DNA of 59,027 nt from Flavobacteriaceae bacterium (GCA_002862715.1 PKDV01000067.1:1-59027); one strand, 5' to 3'. Shown: positions 10,511 through 21,027, counted from the stretch's first letter. Program-made: numbers and translations. The notes: a model not told the origin generated them from the sequence alone.

Positions 10511-13500
10511 ATGTTTCCTACATATAAAAACTTAAACCTCCCTAAAATATCTAATGAAATTTTATCTTTTTGGGAGACAGAAAGAATTTTCGAGAAGAGT
10601 ATTGAAACAAGAGAGGGAGAGAAACAATTTATTTTTTTTGAAGGCCCTCCATCAGCAAATGGACTTCCAGGCATTCATCATGTATTAGCTAGAACAATTA
10701 AGGATATTTTTTGTAGATATAAAACTCAAAAAGGATATCAGGTAAAAAGAAGGGCTGGATGGGACACACATGGATTACCTGTAGAACTGGGTGTTGAAAA
10801 AGATTTAGGGATAACTAAAGTTGATATTGGAAAAAAGATTTCTGTTGACGAGTATAATGATGCTTGTAAAAAAGCTGTGATGAGATACACAGGTCTTTGG
10901 AATGACTTAACATTAAAAATGGGGTATTGGGTCGACACTCAAAGCCCTTACATTACATACAAATCGAAATATATTGAGTCTGTTTGGTGGCTACTAGCCA
11001 ATTTATATAAAAAGGACTTAATTTATAAAGGGTACACAATACAGCCATATTCACCTGTAGCCGGAACAGGCCTTTCGTCCCATGAATTAAATCAGCCGGG
11101 ATGTTACAGGAAAGTTACAGACACGTCTGTCACAGCTCAATTTAGAGCTAAATACAGCACGCTGCCGAAACCATTGAAATCAGAGATTCCTTTATATATT
11201 CTTGCATGGACAACTACACCTTGGACCCTACCATCAAACACTGCATTGACAGTTGGGGCAAAGATTATGTATGTTGTTATCCAAACATTTAATCAGTACA
11301 CCGATTTACCTATTAGAGTTCTTCTTGCAGAAAAATTGGTTGAAAAATATTTCAACAATAAATACAAAAGAGTTTTTAAAATAAGAGAACTCATAAACAC
11401 CAACAAAAAGCAAATACCATTCTTCATTGAACAAAAAATAGTAGGAAAACAACTTGAAAACATTAAATATGAACAAATTTGGGAAGAGAGTCCACTTCCA
11501 TTCAAAAATGCTGATGATGCGTTTAGGATAATTTTAGGAGATTTTGTGACTACTGATGAAGGAACAGGTATTGTCCATACAGCTCCAACATTTGGAGCTG
11601 ACGACGCGAGGGTTGCTATGGAGGCTTCTCCAAAGATTCCGCCTCTTTTAATACTCGACGAGAACAATCGACCAACCCCTTTAGTAAACTTCGAGGGAAA
11701 ATTTAGACATGAAATTGGTTCTTTGGGTGGCAAGTATGTTAAAAACGAATATTACAATGATGAGGAAAAACCAAACAAATCAGTTGATGTTGAAATAGCG
11801 ATTAAATTAAAAGAGGGGAACAAAGCTTTTTTAGTTGAAAAACATACTCATAGCTATCCACACTGCTGGAGAACAGATAAACCAATTTTATATTATCCTT
11901 TGGATTCGTGGTTTATTAATATTCAGAAAAACAAAAAAAGGATGGTTGAACTTAATAAAAAAATAAACTGGAAACCTTTAAAAACAGGGGAAGGAAGGTT
12001 TGGGAAGTGGTTAGAAAACGCAAACGACTGGAACCTTTCGCGTTCAAGGTTTTGGGGCATTCCATTACCAATTTGGAAAACCGAAGACGGAAATGAGACA
12101 AAAATTATATCCTCAATAAATGAGCTTAAAAATGAACTTCAAAAATCCGTAGAACATGGCCATATGATTAAAAACCCAATTTCAAACTTTGTGGGAGGAG
12201 ACATGTCAAACGAAAACTATGAAAAAGTTGATTTACATAAACAACACACCGATAAAATGATTCTAACAAGTAGCACAGGAAAACCAATGTTCAGAGAAAA
12301 AGATCTTATTGATGTTTGGTTTGATTCTGGCTCCATGCCTTATGCTCAGTGGCATTACCCGTTTGAAAATAAAGAAAAAATTGAAAGCAACGAATCATTT
12401 CCAGCTGATTATATTGCTGAGGGGGTTGATCAAACAAGGGGTTGGTTTTACACATTACATGCAATATCTACTCTAATTTTTGATTCTGTAGCGTTTAAAA
12501 ATGTCATATCAAATGGTTTGGTGTTAGATAAGAACGGTCAAAAAATGTCCAAAAGACTAGGGAATACAATTGATCCTTTCGAAACAATAAATAAATATGG
12601 GGCAGATCCGACAAGGTGGTATATGATAAGCAACTCTAATCCTTGGGACAATTTAAAATTTGACATTGAAGGAATAAAAGAGGTAAACAGAAAGTTTTTT
12701 GGAACATTGTACAACACTTATGCGTTTTTTTCTCTATACGCAAATATTGATTCGTTTTGTTTTTCAGAAAAGATAGTTCCAATTAAAAAACGACCTGAAA
12801 TTGATAAATGGGTTTTATCTGAACTAAATACTTTGATAATCGCTACAACTAAATTTTATGACAATTATGAGCCGACAAAGGCATGTAGATTGATATCAAA
12901 ATTTGTCATAGATGATTTAAGCAATTGGTATGTTAGGCTAAGTAGAAGAAGGTTCTGGAAAGGATCTTATGAAGAAGATAAAATTGCTGCTTATCAAACA
13001 TTATATGAGTGTTTGATTGTAGTGTCAAAAATAATGGCTCCCGTTGCTCCTTTTTATTCTGAAATGCTTTATAGAGACCTCAACGGTTTTACAAAAAAAG
13101 AAAAAAGTATTTCTGTTCATTTAGCAAAGTTTCCTTATCCAAATGAATCATTGATTGATAAAAAACTAGAGGCTAGAATGCAAACAGCCCAAAAGATTTG
13201 TTCGCTGGTATTATCTCTTAGAAAAAAAGAAAAAATTAGAGTAAGACAGCCGTTGAAAAGAATAATGTTACCCGTGGTCAATGCTGAACAAAAAAAACAA
13301 ATTGAATACTTTTCAAATATAATTCTTAACGAGGTTAATGTTAAGGAAATTGAATTTATGGATGACACCTCATCTATTTTTATTAGAGAAATAAAAGTCA
13401 ATTATCAAGTCCTAGGCCCAAAGCTTGGCAGTAAAATTAAACAAGCGTCTGAACTAATTGGAAATTTTACTAAAGATGAAATAAATAGAATTGAAAAAGG

Positions 13501-13909
13501 TGAGAAATTAACTTTGAAATTGAACGAAAGAGAGGTTAAAATTGGATTGGAGGATGTGTCAATTAAAACCAGTGATGCAAAAGGATGGGTAGTCGCATCA
13601 GAAGGTAATTTAACAGTAGCGCTTGATATAAAAATTGATAATAAATTAAAGCTTGAAGGACTTTCTAGAGAGCTGGTAAATAGGATGCAAATTATAAGAA
13701 AAGAAGCCGGACTGGATGTAACAGACAAAATTCACGTTACGTTTACAAAAAGTGATGAGTTGTTGTCTATATTTGCGCAAAATAAAAGTTATATAAAAAG
13801 TGAGATTTTAGCATCTGAAATCATTGTTGTAGATGAAATTAAATCAGATGGTAAAGAAATAATATTTGAATCTTTTAAAACAAAAGTTAATATTGTAAAA
13901 TCATTGTAA
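10511..13909 (+). CDS. ileS: Isoleucine--tRNA ligase (long, type-2 form)
   Basis: HIGH-type motif (PSANGLPGIHH) and the KMSKR motif (GQKMSKRLGN). 1132 aa. Confidence 0.97.
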   Translation: MFPTYKNLNLPKISNEILSFWETERIFEKSIETREGEKQFIFFEGPPSANGLPGIHHVLARTIKDIFCRYKTQKGYQVKRRAGWDTHGLPVELGVEKDLGITKVDIGKKISVDEYNDACKKAVMRYTGLWNDLTLKMGYWVDTQSPYITYKSKYIESVWWLLANLYKKDLIYKGYTIQPYSPVAGTGLSSHELNQPGCYRKVTDTSVTAQFRAKYSTLPKPLKSEIPLYILAWTTTPWTLPSNTALTVGAKIMYVVIQTFNQYTDLPIRVLLAEKLVEKYFNNKYKRVFKIRELINTNKKQIPFFIEQKIVGKQLENIKYEQIWEESPLPFKNADDAFRIILGDFVTTDEGTGIVHTAPTFGADDARVAMEASPKIPPLLILDENNRPTPLVNFEGKFRHEIGSLGGKYVKNEYYNDEEKPNKSVDVEIAIKLKEGNKAFLVEKHTHSYPHCWRTDKPILYYPLDSWFINIQKNKKRMVELNKKINWKPLKTGEGRFGKWLENANDWNLSRSRFWGIPLPIWKTEDGNETKIISSINELKNELQKSVEHGHMIKNPISNFVGGDMSNENYEKVDLHKQHTDKMILTSSTGKPMFREKDLIDVWFDSGSMPYAQWHYPFENKEKIESNESFPADYIAEGVDQTRGWFYTLHAISTLIFDSVAFKNVISNGLVLDKNGQKMSKRLGNTIDPFETINKYGADPTRWYMISNSNPWDNLKFDIEGIKEVNRKFFGTLYNTYAFFSLYANIDSFCFSEKIVPIKKRPEIDKWVLSELNTLIIATTKFYDNYEPTKACRLISKFVIDDLSNWYVRLSRRRFWKGSYEEDKIAAYQTLYECLIVVSKIMAPVAPFYSEMLYRDLNGFTKKEKSISVHLAKFPYPNESLIDKKLEARMQTAQKICSLVLSLRKKEKIRVRQPLKRIMLPVVNAEQKKQIEYFSNIILNEVNVKEIEFMDDTSSIFIREIKVNYQVLGPKLGSKIKQASELIGNFTKDEINRIEKGEKLTLKLNEREVKIGLEDVSIKTSDAKGWVVASEGNLTVALDIKIDNKLKLEGLSRELVNRMQIIRKEAGLDVTDKIHVTFTKSDELLSIFAQNKSYIKSEILASEIIVVDEIKSDGKEIIFESFKTKVNIVKSL

Positions 13910-13911
13910 TT

Positions 13912-14289
13912 ATGGAAACTACAAACAGATATAGCGATAAAGAACTCCTAGAATTTAAAAAAATAATTTTAGAAAAAATCTCAAAGGCACAAAATGACTT
14001 AAAACTCTTGAAGAGCGCATATATGAACGATGGAAACAATGGAACAGATGACACCGCTCCAACATTTAAGGCTTTTGAGGAAGGCTCTGAAACTATGTCT
14101 AAAGAAGCGAACACTCAACTTGCTATTAGACAAGAAAAGTTTATTAGGGATTTAAAAAATGCTTTAATTAGAATTGAAAACAAAACCTTTGGAGTATGTA
14201 GGGTTACAGGGAAGCTAATTAGTGCGGAACGACTAAAATTAGTTCCTCATGCAACATTAAGCATTGAGGCTAAAAATATGCAGAGATAG
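13912..14289 (+). CDS. DksA/TraR-family protein with degenerate zinc finger
   Basis: 125 aa with a coiled-coil N-half. The C-terminal GVCRVTGKLISAERLKLVPHA segment is homologous to the DksA/TraR finger region but keeps only 1 of 4 Cys. It sits between ileS and lspA. Confidence 0.8.
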   Translation: METTNRYSDKELLEFKKIILEKISKAQNDLKLLKSAYMNDGNNGTDDTAPTFKAFEEGSETMSKEANTQLAIRQEKFIRDLKNALIRIENKTFGVCRVTGKLISAERLKLVPHATLSIEAKNMQR

Positions 14290-14292
14290 TTT

Positions 14293-14916
14293 ATGTCTTT
14301 AAAAAAGCTCAGCTGGATTATTATTCTTGTAATAATTCTTGATCAAGCATTAAAAATATTTATAAAATTAAATTATCCCATTACTTTTTTTGGTATGGAA
14401 CCGATTATTGATTGGGGTTGGTTTAAATTATTGTTTATTGAAAACAAAGGAATGGCTTGGGGCGCTAGACTGGATGATTTTTTTCCATTCATTTCTGAAA
14501 ATTCAGCAAAATTAATTTTGAGTTTATTTCGAATAGTTGCTGCTTTTTTAATTGGTTTTTGGCTTATAAAAACTTTTAATAAGGCGACTGTATTATATTC
14601 AATTGGTTTAGCATTGATTTTCGCAGGGGCAGTTGGGAACATTATTGACTCTCTATTTTACGGTTTAATTTTTTCTGACAGTTATGGAAGAATTGCAGAA
14701 TTTTTACCGATTGAAGGAGGCTATGCGCCTTTTATGTTTGGTCATGTAGTTGATATGTTTCAATTTCCGATGTTTTCATGGGTTTGGCCTAATTGGACCC
14801 CTTTTGTTGGCGGACAAAGTTTTACTTTTTTTGAGCCTGTTTTTAATATTGCAGACAGCGCTATTAGTATTGGATTTGTATTTATTTTGTTCGGGGGAAC
14901 AAAAAAAATCAAGTGA
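14293..14916 (+). CDS. lspA: Lipoprotein signal peptidase II
   Basis: 207 aa membrane protein with the NKGMAWG and FNIADSAISIG motifs. The ileS-lspA linkage is classic. Confidence 0.9.
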   Translation: MSLKKLSWIIILVIILDQALKIFIKLNYPITFFGMEPIIDWGWFKLLFIENKGMAWGARLDDFFPFISENSAKLILSLFRIVAAFLIGFWLIKTFNKATVLYSIGLALIFAGAVGNIIDSLFYGLIFSDSYGRIAEFLPIEGGYAPFMFGHVVDMFQFPMFSWVWPNWTPFVGGQSFTFFEPVFNIADSAISIGFVFILFGGTKKIK

Positions 14917-15475
14917 ATTGTATTAATTTATTTGGAGTTATTATTATATCGAGTTTTTGATCCAGTTTTGTGAGGTCATCAATTTTTTCATATTTTTCAA
15001 AAAACGAGATTCCAATTTTTTGGACCTTTTTCTTGCAACGAACCAAAAACCTATCATAAAAGCCTTTTCCATATCCCACACGGTGACCGGCTTCATTAAA
15101 ACATAGTAGAGGAACAACTATTACGTCAAGTTTTTTTGCATCTTCATAACAAATACTAATTGGCTGAAGTATTCCAAATTTATTTTTTTCAAGTTCAATA
15201 TTTTCAGTCCACTTAACAGCCTCCATGTCTAAAAGATTATCTCGAACTTTAGGGAGAAAAACGTTATGTTGTTTTTCCAATTTTGAAAACCAATGTATCG
15301 TTGGTATTTCATGATGAGCAATGCTTGAGTAGTAAAGCAGAATAGATAGTTTTTTTTTACCAATGTATTTAATAAATAAATCAAAAATAACTTTACTGGC
15401 AGCATTTAAGGTATTGTCTTCAATGACAGCCCTCTTTTTTTTATAAATGCTTCGTAAATCAATTTTATTCGACAT
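14909..15475 (-). CDS. 5-formyltetrahydrofolate cyclo-ligase
   Basis: 188 aa with the C-terminal GYGKGFYDRFL motif. Its 3' end overlaps lspA by 8 nt (convergent). Confidence 0.85.
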   Translation of the reverse strand: MSNKIDLRSIYKKKRAVIEDNTLNAASKVIFDLFIKYIGKKKLSILLYYSSIAHHEIPTIHWFSKLEKQHNVFLPKVRDNLLDMEAVKWTENIELEKNKFGILQPISICYEDAKKLDVIVVPLLCFNEAGHRVGYGKGFYDRFLVRCKKKVQKIGISFFEKYEKIDDLTKLDQKLDIIITPNKLIQFT

Positions 15476-15522
15476 AGTTAAATATAATTATTATCAGCAC
15501 ATAGATTTTGTATTTTAGATAT

Positions 15523-17334
15523 ATGAGTGAAAAACTAGTTTTTGTAGCAAAGTCAATTCCAGAGAAGCCTGGGGTCTATCAATTCTACAATAAAGAAGAC
15601 AAAATTATTTACGTTGGGAAAGCAAAAAACCTAAAAAAAAGAGTTTTGAGTTATTTTCAATCTAAAAAACACTCAAAAAAAACCTTACACCTAATTAATT
15701 CTATCCACAACTTGAGGCATATTGTAGTTCCAACGGAGTCAGATGCATTAATTCTTGAAAATACATTAATAAAAGAACACCAGCCAAGATATAATATATT
15801 ATTAAGAGACGACAAAACATATCCATGGATTTGTATCAAAAATGAAAAATTTCCTAGAGTGTTTTTGACCAGAAAATTAATTAAAGACGGTTCAGAATAT
15901 TACGGCCCATATACTAATGTAAAAGGAATAAACGCGTTATTGAATCTTATTAAAACACTTTATCCAATTAGAACCAGCAATTACAATTTAAGTCAAAATC
16001 AAATTAACAGAAAAGACATAGAATTATGTCTGAATGTTCATAGAACAAACGAAAACACTTTAATTCTTGGGTTTAAAGAACTTACTAATTCTTTAAAAAA
16101 TATTTTAACAAAAGACGAGTACAATAATAATATTATTCAGGTAAGGCAGATATTAAATGGCAAATTTCTTAACATAAAAGAAAGTTTAAAAAAACAAATG
16201 CTCCTACATTCATCTAAATTAGAGTTTGAAAAAGCCCAAACATTAAGAGAAAAGTTAACAATGATTGAAAATTATCAGTCTAAATCGGTTGTTGTGAGTC
16301 CAAAAATAAATGATGTAGATGTATTTAGCATAGTTTCTGATGATAAGAATGCATTTATTAATTTCTTGCAAATTTCATTTGGATCGATTGTTAGGTTTCA
16401 TAATACTATTGTTAAAAAAAAGTTGGATGAAACCGATCAAGAAATCTTAAGGGTTTTAATTGTAGAACTTAGAAGAAGGTTTTCGTCAAAATCAAAAGAA
16501 ATATTTTTACAATTTGATTTAAAATTTGAAGACAATATTGTTACAGTGCCTAAGATTGGAGAAAAAAAACATCTTTTAGAATTATCTATTAGGAATTCTA
16601 AAATTTTAAAGATTGAACATTACAAGCAACTCAAATTTATAGACCCGGAGCAACACCAGAATAGAATCATGTTGCAAATGAAAAAAGATTTGCGATTAAA
16701 ACATGAGCCAAATCATATAGAATGTTTTGACAACTCTAATATACAGGGGTCAAACCCAACATCTGCGTGTGTTGTATTCAAGTACGGAAAACCCAGTAAA
16801 AAAGACTATAGACATTATATCATTAAAGGAGTTTCAGGCCCCGATGATTATGCCTCAATGGAAGAAGCTGTTTTTAGAAGATATAGAAGAATTATTGATG
16901 AGAAATTAGAACTCCCGAAGCTATTAATTATTGATGGAGGCAAAGGCCAATTAAGCGCAGCGATTAAAAGTCTTAACAAATTAGAGATTAAAGGAAAAAT
17001 ACCTGTTTTAGGTATAGCAAAAAAATTAGAAAAACTTTTTTTTCCTGACGATCCAGTACCTCTGTATCTTGACAAAAGATCTGAAACACTTAAAATAATT
17101 CAGCAAATTAGAAACGAATCTCACAGATTTAGTTTGAGATTACACAGAAAAAAAAGAAGTAAGGGAGCTGTGGCCTCATCTTTAGATAATATTCACGGAA
17201 TCGGAGAAAAAACAAAAATCCAACTTTTAAAAAAATTTAAATCTGTAAAAAGAATTAAAGAGGCTGAAGAGATTGAGTTGGTTCTTTCAATTGGAAAGTC
17301 AAAAGGAGCTTTAGTGTACAAACATTTTAATTAA
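15523..17334 (+). CDS. uvrC: Excinuclease ABC subunit C
   Basis: GIY-YIG N-terminus (GVYQFYNKEDKIIYVGKAKNLKKRV), a UVR-like segment and a C-terminal HhH region. I prefer the first ATG (15523) over the TTG at 15508. Confidence 0.95.
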   Translation: MSEKLVFVAKSIPEKPGVYQFYNKEDKIIYVGKAKNLKKRVLSYFQSKKHSKKTLHLINSIHNLRHIVVPTESDALILENTLIKEHQPRYNILLRDDKTYPWICIKNEKFPRVFLTRKLIKDGSEYYGPYTNVKGINALLNLIKTLYPIRTSNYNLSQNQINRKDIELCLNVHRTNENTLILGFKELTNSLKNILTKDEYNNNIIQVRQILNGKFLNIKESLKKQMLLHSSKLEFEKAQTLREKLTMIENYQSKSVVVSPKINDVDVFSIVSDDKNAFINFLQISFGSIVRFHNTIVKKKLDETDQEILRVLIVELRRRFSSKSKEIFLQFDLKFEDNIVTVPKIGEKKHLLELSIRNSKILKIEHYKQLKFIDPEQHQNRIMLQMKKDLRLKHEPNHIECFDNSNIQGSNPTSACVVFKYGKPSKKDYRHYIIKGVSGPDDYASMEEAVFRRYRRIIDEKLELPKLLIIDGGKGQLSAAIKSLNKLEIKGKIPVLGIAKKLEKLFFPDDPVPLYLDKRSETLKIIQQIRNESHRFSLRLHRKKRSKGAVASSLDNIHGIGEKTKIQLLKKFKSVKRIKEAEEIELVLSIGKSKGALVYKHFN

Positions 17335-17343
17335 TTTTATAAA

Positions 17344-18162
17344 ATGAACAGAAGATGTTTTTCATTGCTTTTTTTCATTTTCATTAGTTCAACGCTTTCC
17401 TCACAACAAAATTCAAAAACAGACGCAAGCTTAGTTAACTATTCGTCTAAGGTTCGTGATGCTTTTAAAGCCGGTGAATGGTTTAAGTTTAAAGTGTATT
17501 ACGGAATCTTTAATGCTTGCTATGCCACATTAGAATTAAAAGAAGAAGAATATAATGGTTACAAAACTTTTCACGCAAAAGGAGTTGGAAGAACATCTGG
17601 ACTTACTAGGTTTTTCTTTAAAATAGATGACTATTATGACTCTTATTTTTTGTCTGATGTAATTAAACCTGTTCATTTTATTAGGAACATTAGCGAAGGA
17701 AACTATAAAAAACACATCACTATTGACTTTAGTGACAATATAGCGAGTGTCACAAATATCATTAAGGGGACTCAAAATAAATTTAAAGTAAACCCAAATG
17801 CCCAGGATTTAATGTCATGTTTTTATTTTTTGAGAAATCATTTTGATATTGATAAAATGACTGTAGGAGACACAGCGACTGTAGATATGTTTTTTGATGA
17901 TTCAAATTATGAGTTTGAGTTTAAATACCTTGGTAAAGAGAAAATTAAAACTAAATTTGGGAATGTAATGGCATTGAAATTTCGGCCCTTCGTTGTCTCA
18001 GGCAGGGTTTTTAGAAGTAGTGAAAGTATTACGCTCTGGATTAGTAGTGATGAAAATAAAATTCCATTAAAATTAAAAGCAAACTTAAGAGTAGGAAGCA
18101 TTACAGTTGAACTCGATGAATTTAAAGGACTAAAAAACCCATTTGACATTGTTATTAATTAA
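17344..18162 (+). CDS. Secreted DUF3108-like protein
   Basis: Signal peptide, 272 aa. The GEWFKFKVYYGIFNA...ATLEL pattern is recalled from DUF3108 proteins. No functional motif found. Confidence 0.5.
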   Translation: MNRRCFSLLFFIFISSTLSSQQNSKTDASLVNYSSKVRDAFKAGEWFKFKVYYGIFNACYATLELKEEEYNGYKTFHAKGVGRTSGLTRFFFKIDDYYDSYFLSDVIKPVHFIRNISEGNYKKHITIDFSDNIASVTNIIKGTQNKFKVNPNAQDLMSCFYFLRNHFDIDKMTVGDTATVDMFFDDSNYEFEFKYLGKEKIKTKFGNVMALKFRPFVVSGRVFRSSESITLWISSDENKIPLKLKANLRVGSITVELDEFKGLKNPFDIVIN

Positions 18163-19375
18163 AAATCCATTAATAATTTTATTATTACTCATATTAATAT
18201 CTTCATGTAAGAGTGAGGATAGTTCCACAGACAAAAAAAATAAAAAACCTATTCCTGAAGTTAAGGCCTTCGGATTTAGGCTTAATGATTTTGAAGTGGT
18301 TAGAGACACAGTAGAGCAAGGAGATACTTTTGGAGAAATTTTTTTAAGAAATGGATTTGACTATTCAACTATTTACGAAATTGACAAAATTTCAAGAAAA
18401 AAGTTCAATTTTAGAAAAATCCAAATTAATAAGCCATATACATTTCTTTTTTCTAAAGACTCAATTTCAAGTCCAGTTGCATTCATTTATCAACCGTCAA
18501 TAATTGATTATGTTGTAGTCAATTTAAAAGACTCAATTTGGGTAGAAAAAAATCAGAAGGAGGTTGAACTTAGAAGTTTTGAGGCTCATGGCATAATAAC
18601 AAGTTCACTGTCAGAGACTTTAGATCAAAAAAAACTAAATCCCTTATTGGCATATGATTTGTCCAGCATTTATGCATGGAGTATAGACTTTTTCAGACTT
18701 CAAAAAGGAGATAAGTTTAAAATATTATATACCCAAAAGTACGTAGATGACTCAGTATATGTAGGGCTTAATAGGATTCATGCGGCATATTTTGAGCACA
18801 AAAACAAGCCATATTATGCTATTGAGTTCGAGTCAGACAAGGAAAGAGGGATAACAGAGTTTTTTGATGAAAACGGTAAAAACTTAAGAAGAGCTTTTTT
18901 ACAGTCTCCAGTACAATTTTCTAGAATTTCATCTAGATACAATTTGAGAAGAAGAATTTCTTATTACGGAAGAACGAAACCCCATTTTGGTACAGATTTT
19001 GCCGCTCCAGTAGGCACGCCAATTAGAACCACCGCATCCGGTACAGTTATCGCTTCAGGATATACCAGAGCAAACGGTAATTATATTACTGTTAGACACA
19101 ATGGAACATATAAAACACAATATTTACATATGAAAAAAAGATATGTCAGAAAAGGACAAAAAGTTAACCAAGGGGATATAATTGGTACAATAGGGATGAC
19201 AGGATATACGTCAGGACCTCATGTTTGTTACAGATTTTGGAAAAATGGAAGACAAGTAGACCCGTTTAAACAAAAATTACCTGAGGCGAAGCCAATTAGT
19301 GAAAAACTAAAAGAAGCATATATGTTAAAGATGCAGCCAATAAAAGAAGCACTTGATTGTATAGAATTTATATAA
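18143..19375 (+). CDS. M23/LytM-family metallopeptidase lipoprotein (catalytic motifs intact)
   Basis: Lipobox LISSC, with the HFGTDFAAPVGTPI (HxxxD) and GPHVCYRF motifs. TTG start overlaps the upstream gene by 20 nt. Confidence 0.85.
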   Translation: MTLLLIKNPLIILLLLILISSCKSEDSSTDKKNKKPIPEVKAFGFRLNDFEVVRDTVEQGDTFGEIFLRNGFDYSTIYEIDKISRKKFNFRKIQINKPYTFLFSKDSISSPVAFIYQPSIIDYVVVNLKDSIWVEKNQKEVELRSFEAHGIITSSLSETLDQKKLNPLLAYDLSSIYAWSIDFFRLQKGDKFKILYTQKYVDDSVYVGLNRIHAAYFEHKNKPYYAIEFESDKERGITEFFDENGKNLRRAFLQSPVQFSRISSRYNLRRRISYYGRTKPHFGTDFAAPVGTPIRTTASGTVIASGYTRANGNYITVRHNGTYKTQYLHMKKRYVRKGQKVNQGDIIGTIGMTGYTSGPHVCYRFWKNGRQVDPFKQKLPEAKPISEKLKEAYMLKMQPIKEALDCIEFI

Positions 19376-19387
19376 TAACTTAAAGAA

Positions 19388-21004
19388 ATGAAATTTCCTA
19401 GAGTAAACCCAACCAAAACAAAGAGCTGGAGCAAGCTACTAGCCCACAAAAACAACATAAAAACCCTTGACGAATTTTTCTCTAAAAACCAAAACAGACA
19501 AAAATCTTTTTCAATTGAATGGAATAAATTTTTTCTAGATTTTTCAAAAACTCATGTTGATAGAAACATATTAGAAGACCTTGTTGCATTGGCTGAAGAG
19601 TGTGGTCTCTCTCATGCAATAGATGCTATGTTTTCTGGAAAAAAAATTAATGAAACAGAGCAAAGAGCAGTAATGCATTTTGCTTTACGTTCAAATAAAA
19701 GTAACACAACAAAAATCACAGGGGTTGATTTAAAAAAATTACAACAAAAAATATATTCATTTTCAGAATTAATTATAAATGGACACAAAAAGGGGGCTTC
19801 AGGAAAGAGGATTACAGATGTTGTTAATATTGGAATTGGAGGGTCAGATTTGGGGCCCAAGATGATTACTAAAGCATTAAGCCACTATAAAAATAATTTA
19901 GAAATACATTTTATATCCAACATTGATGGAGACCATGTTTTTGAGGTTTTAAAAAAATTAAATCTTGAAACAACTTTGTTTTTAGTTGTTTCAAAATCCT
20001 TTACAACCCAGGAAACACTTACCAACGCAAAAACAGTAAAGAACTGGTTGATTTCCAAGTTGGGTAAAAAAGCTATTTCTGATCATTTTGTTGCCGTCTC
20101 ATCTAACCCAAATAAAGCGGTAGATTTTGGAATAGAAAAAGAAAATATTTTCCCAATGTATGATTGGGTTGGAGGGCGTTTTTCTTTATGGAGCGCAGTA
20201 GGACTTAGTATATCACTAAGTATTGGCCCAAATAATTTTGAAAAGCTTCTTGAAGGTGCCGAAAAAATGGACTCTCATTTTTTGTCGTCTTCTTTTTCAA
20301 AAAACTTACCAGTGGTTTTAGCATTAATTACGATATGGTATAATAATTTTTTTGATGCTCAGTCAGAAGCAATAATTCCATATTCGGAGTATTTAAGCGA
20401 CCTTCCGTCTTACTTGCAGCAATCTATAATGGAAAGCAATGGAAAGTCAATAGATAGGAATGGAGCTGAGGTACAATATCAAACAGGTAATATTGTGTGG
20501 GGACAAACAGGAACTAATTCTCAACACGCTTTTTTTCAACTTTTGCATCAAGGAACAAAGATTATCCCATGTCATTTTATTGGTTATAAACATTCATTGC
20601 ACGAAAACAAAGAACATCACGATAAATTGATGGCTAATTTTTTTGCCCAAACAGAAGCTTTAATGAAAGGAAAAAGTAGGCCTCAAGTAGAAAAAGAATT
20701 AATTGAACAAGGGTTGTCTAGCGATGAAATAAAAAAAATTATTCCATATAAAGAATTTAAAGGTGATAAGCCAAGTACAACTTTATTAATAGACAAACTT
20801 ACCCCTGAGACCATAGGTTCTTTGATAGCTATGTATGAACATAAAATTTTTGTTGAGGGTGTAATTTGGAATATATTTAGTTTTGATCAATATGGTGTTG
20901 AGCTTGGTAAAGAACTTGCCAATAATATTTTAAAAAACCTTAAAACAAGTTCAACGAAACAAGGGTCTTTGAATGAAGAATTATTAAAGAGGTATAAAAG
21001 TTAA
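19388..21004 (+). CDS. pgi: Glucose-6-phosphate isomerase
   Basis: 538 aa with the SKSFTTQET and GGRFSLWSAVGL signatures. Confidence 0.95.
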   Translation: MKFPRVNPTKTKSWSKLLAHKNNIKTLDEFFSKNQNRQKSFSIEWNKFFLDFSKTHVDRNILEDLVALAEECGLSHAIDAMFSGKKINETEQRAVMHFALRSNKSNTTKITGVDLKKLQQKIYSFSELIINGHKKGASGKRITDVVNIGIGGSDLGPKMITKALSHYKNNLEIHFISNIDGDHVFEVLKKLNLETTLFLVVSKSFTTQETLTNAKTVKNWLISKLGKKAISDHFVAVSSNPNKAVDFGIEKENIFPMYDWVGGRFSLWSAVGLSISLSIGPNNFEKLLEGAEKMDSHFLSSSFSKNLPVVLALITIWYNNFFDAQSEAIIPYSEYLSDLPSYLQQSIMESNGKSIDRNGAEVQYQTGNIVWGQTGTNSQHAFFQLLHQGTKIIPCHFIGYKHSLHENKEHHDKLMANFFAQTEALMKGKSRPQVEKELIEQGLSSDEIKKIIPYKEFKGDKPSTTLLIDKLTPETIGSLIAMYEHKIFVEGVIWNIFSFDQYGVELGKELANNILKNLKTSSTKQGSLNEELLKRYKS

Positions 21005-21007
21005 AAA

Positions 21008-21027
21008 AATGTTAAAATGTTAACATT
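21008..21027. promoter_or_regulatory. Tandem AATGTTAA-AATGTTAA-CATT element containing the 12-nt perfect palindrome AATGTTAACATT
   Basis: Read directly from the sequence. It lies just after the pgi stop and about 60 nt upstream of the TBDR start. The stem is too AT-rich and short for a good terminator, so it may be an operator. Confidence 0.25.

Noticed and set aside
11293-11733. Long antisense or out-of-frame ORFs inside real genes. Examples: 146 aa antisense to ileS; 1546-1911; 13405-13728; 30796-31122; 31083-31415; 54883-55233; 55375-55686; 29247-29465.
   Set aside because: All lie wholly within strongly supported conserved genes. Their products are low-complexity, Ser/Leu/Phe-rich and motif-free. 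They are typical shadow ORFs.
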